From contig JBBDRY010000126.1 of NCBI GenBank assembly GCA_040905225.1, forward strand, positions 18,279 through 67,853: a stretch of 49,575 bases of DNA. The letters run 5' to 3'. Shown one piece after another: positions 47,792 to 49,575 of the stretch (the first letter of the stretch is position 1; the number at the start of each line of letters is the position of its first letter). Origin of the DNA: Chloroflexota bacterium (GTDB lineage Bacteria; Chloroflexota; Limnocylindria; Limnocylindrales; CSP1-4). A program made the position numbers and the translations under genes. Under the pieces are notes generated by a model, which was not told the DNA's origin, did not search any database, and saw only the letters and a list, made by a program, of their open reading frames with translations.

Positions 47792-49353
47792 TCGAGCCGC
47801 TCCGTGGCTTCCTGGATTCCAGCGCGCCACCACGAGTCGTCCGCTCGACCGTCCCCGTCTGCCGGCGGTGGAGCGGCCTCCGTTGACGACGAGGTAGCAG
47901 CCACCGCTGCCAGCTCGGCTGCTCGCAGCGCCGCGACCGATACAAGCTCAAGGGGCTGCCACAGCCGGTCGACGAGGTCTGTCGATAGCCCAGTGGCGTC
48001 GGCGAAGTCGGGCTGGTGAAGCAGCCAGCGATCGAACGGCAGCGTGGTCTGGATACCTCCGACCTCCAGCTCGTCGAGCGCGCGGGCCAGGCGGGCGAGA
48101 GCCTCGGGCCTGTCCTCGGCGACGACCAGGAGCTTGGCGATGAGCGGGTCGTAGTGCTCGCTCACCTCGCTCCCCTCCTCCACGCCGGCGTCAACGCGCA
48201 CCCCGGGGCCCGTTGGCGGCCGCCAACGGGTGACCCGACCAGGCGCAGGTGCGAAATGGAGCCCTGGATGCTCCGCACTGAGCCTGATCTCGATCGCGTG
48301 CCTCTCCGGGGCGGCGGCGCGACCGGCCGCAGCCAGGGCTCGCGCCGAGATCGGGTGACCCGCCGCGATCCAGAGTTGCTCGTGGACGAGATCGACGTCG
48401 GCGACGAGCTCGGTGACGCCGTGCTCGACCTGGAGGCGGGCATTGACCTCGAGGAACCAGAACTCACCATCCGGCGAGAGCAGGAACTCCGCCGTAGCCG
48501 CATTGCGCAGTCCAACCGTCGAGGCGACATTGACGGCCAACCCGTGCAGGTGTCGGCGCTGCTCCGTGGTGAGCCCAGGTGCCGGCGCTTCCTCGACGAG
48601 CTTCTGGTGGCGCCGCTGAACCGAGCAGTCGCGCTCGCCCAGGGCGACCACGTTGCCGTGGTCGTCACCGAGGAGCTGCACCTCCACGTGCCGCGCCCGC
48701 TCGACGAAGCGCTCGAGGTAGACCGACCCGTCGCCGAATGACGCAGCGGCTTCGCGCGACGCCGAGGTGACTGCTTCGTCCAGTTGGTCGAGGCCGTCCA
48801 CGCGACGCATTCCCCGGCCGCCGCCGCCAGCCGCGGCCTTGACGAGTAGTGGCCAGCCAATCCGTTTTGCCTCAGCTCGCACTTGCGCTGTCCCGTCATC
48901 TGTCGCGAGGTCGATCGGCTCGAATGTCCCTTGCACAACCGGCACGCCGGCGGCGGACGCCCGGCGACGAGCGGCAAGCTTGTCGCCCAGCTGGGCCAGC
49001 GTCTCGGGCGCGGGACCGATGAAAACGATGCCGGCCGCAACGCACGCCTCGGCGAGCTCCGGTTGTTCCGACAGGAATCCATACCCCGGGTGGATGGCCT
49101 GCGCGCCGCTCGACCGGGCTGCTTCGACCACTCGGTCCACCAGTAGGTAGCTCTCGGTCGCCGGCGCCGGTCCGATGTGAACCGAGGTGTCGGCGGCCCG
49201 GCGGTGCAGGGCATCCGCATCTGCGTCGCTGTACACGGCAACGGTTTCGATCCCCAGCTCGCGACACGCGCGGATGATCCTGATGGCGATCTCGCCCCGG
49301 TTCGCGATGAGCACCCTTTTGAAGGGCCGCTCGGTGTCTTTGCGCAAACACAC
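47788..49353 (-). CDS. Biotin carboxylase subunit of acyl-CoA (probably propionyl-CoA) carboxylase
   Basis: VLIANRGEIA, HPGYGFLSE, GGGGRGMR, ERDCSVQRRHQK, FLEVNARLQVEH, YDPLIAKL. Confidence 0.95.
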   Translation of the reverse strand: MCLRKDTERPFKRVLIANRGEIAIRIIRACRELGIETVAVYSDADADALHRRAADTSVHIGPAPATESYLLVDRVVEAARSSGAQAIHPGYGFLSEQPELAEACVAAGIVFIGPAPETLAQLGDKLAARRRASAAGVPVVQGTFEPIDLATDDGTAQVRAEAKRIGWPLLVKAAAGGGGRGMRRVDGLDQLDEAVTSASREAAASFGDGSVYLERFVERARHVEVQLLGDDHGNVVALGERDCSVQRRHQKLVEEAPAPGLTTEQRRHLHGLAVNVASTVGLRNAATAEFLLSPDGEFWFLEVNARLQVEHGVTELVADVDLVHEQLWIAAGHPISARALAAAGRAAAPERHAIEIRLSAEHPGLHFAPAPGRVTRWRPPTGPGVRVDAGVEEGSEVSEHYDPLIAKLLVVAEDRPEALARLARALDELEVGGIQTTLPFDRWLLHQPDFADATGLSTDLVDRLWQPLELVSVAALRAAELAAVAATSSSTEAAPPPADGDGRADDSWWRAGIQEATERLE

Positions 49354-49354
49354 C

Positions 49355-49575
49355 TCAGAGAGGAATGTTGCCGTGCTTGCGCGGGTGGTTGGCCTGGCGC
49401 TTGCCGTCGAGCATCTGGAGCGCGGCGATGACGCGGGGGCGCGTCTCCGATGGAAGGATCACGTCGTCGATATACCCCCGCCCGGCGGCGATGTATGGGT
49501 TGGCGAAGCGCTCCTCGTATTCGTGGGTCAGTCGCGCGCGCTCGGCCTCGACGTCACTCGCCGCGGCCAGCTCGT
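49355..49575 (-). CDS. pccB: Acyl-CoA (propionyl-CoA) carboxylase beta subunit, 3' end only
   Basis: Hand translation: YEERFANPYIAAGRGYIDDVILPSETRPRVIAAL...RKHGNIPL-stop; the gene runs off the window. Confidence 0.9.
   Translation of the reverse strand, partial: ELAAASDVEAERARLTHEYEERFANPYIAAGRGYIDDVILPSETRPRVIAALQMLDGKRQANHPRKHGNIPL

Overview
High-GC (~70% by eye) bacterial core-genome window. Gene content and protein style suggest Chloroflexota, probably Ca. Limnocylindria-like; this is an inference, not a search result. From left to right it holds: a Cys-rich OppA-type lipoprotein; a glycine cleavage operon (NUDIX-gcvT-gcvH-gcvPA-gcvPB); a DUF2520 oxidoreductase; aconitase; tRNA-Val(CAC); a dcw cluster (mraZ-rsmH-small ORF-ftsL-ftsI-murF-mraY-murD-ftsW-murG-murB-ddl-ftsQ-ftsA-yjbQ-ftsZ-yggS-DUF167, with no murC or murE); RNase P RNA; RNase HI; sdhCDAB; an isocitrate dehydrogenase; sucCD; and a propionyl-CoA carboxylase/methylmalonyl-CoA mutase/epimerase block. 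No CRISPR array, integrase or transposase was seen. The most notable oddities are: (1) a zinc-ribbon/adenylate cyclase/STAND-ATPase/TPR gene inside the propionyl-CoA block, with a nearby shorter relative lacking the cyclase and ATPase; (2) an in-frame TGA in yjbQ (selenocysteine candidate or nonsense mutation); (3) three genes that appear to need CTG starts; (4) an unannotated, translationally coupled 65-aa ORF between rsmH and ftsL; (5) a LexA-type box between rnpB and a lipoprotein gene; (6) an apparent +1 frameshift in a SHOCT membrane protein gene.
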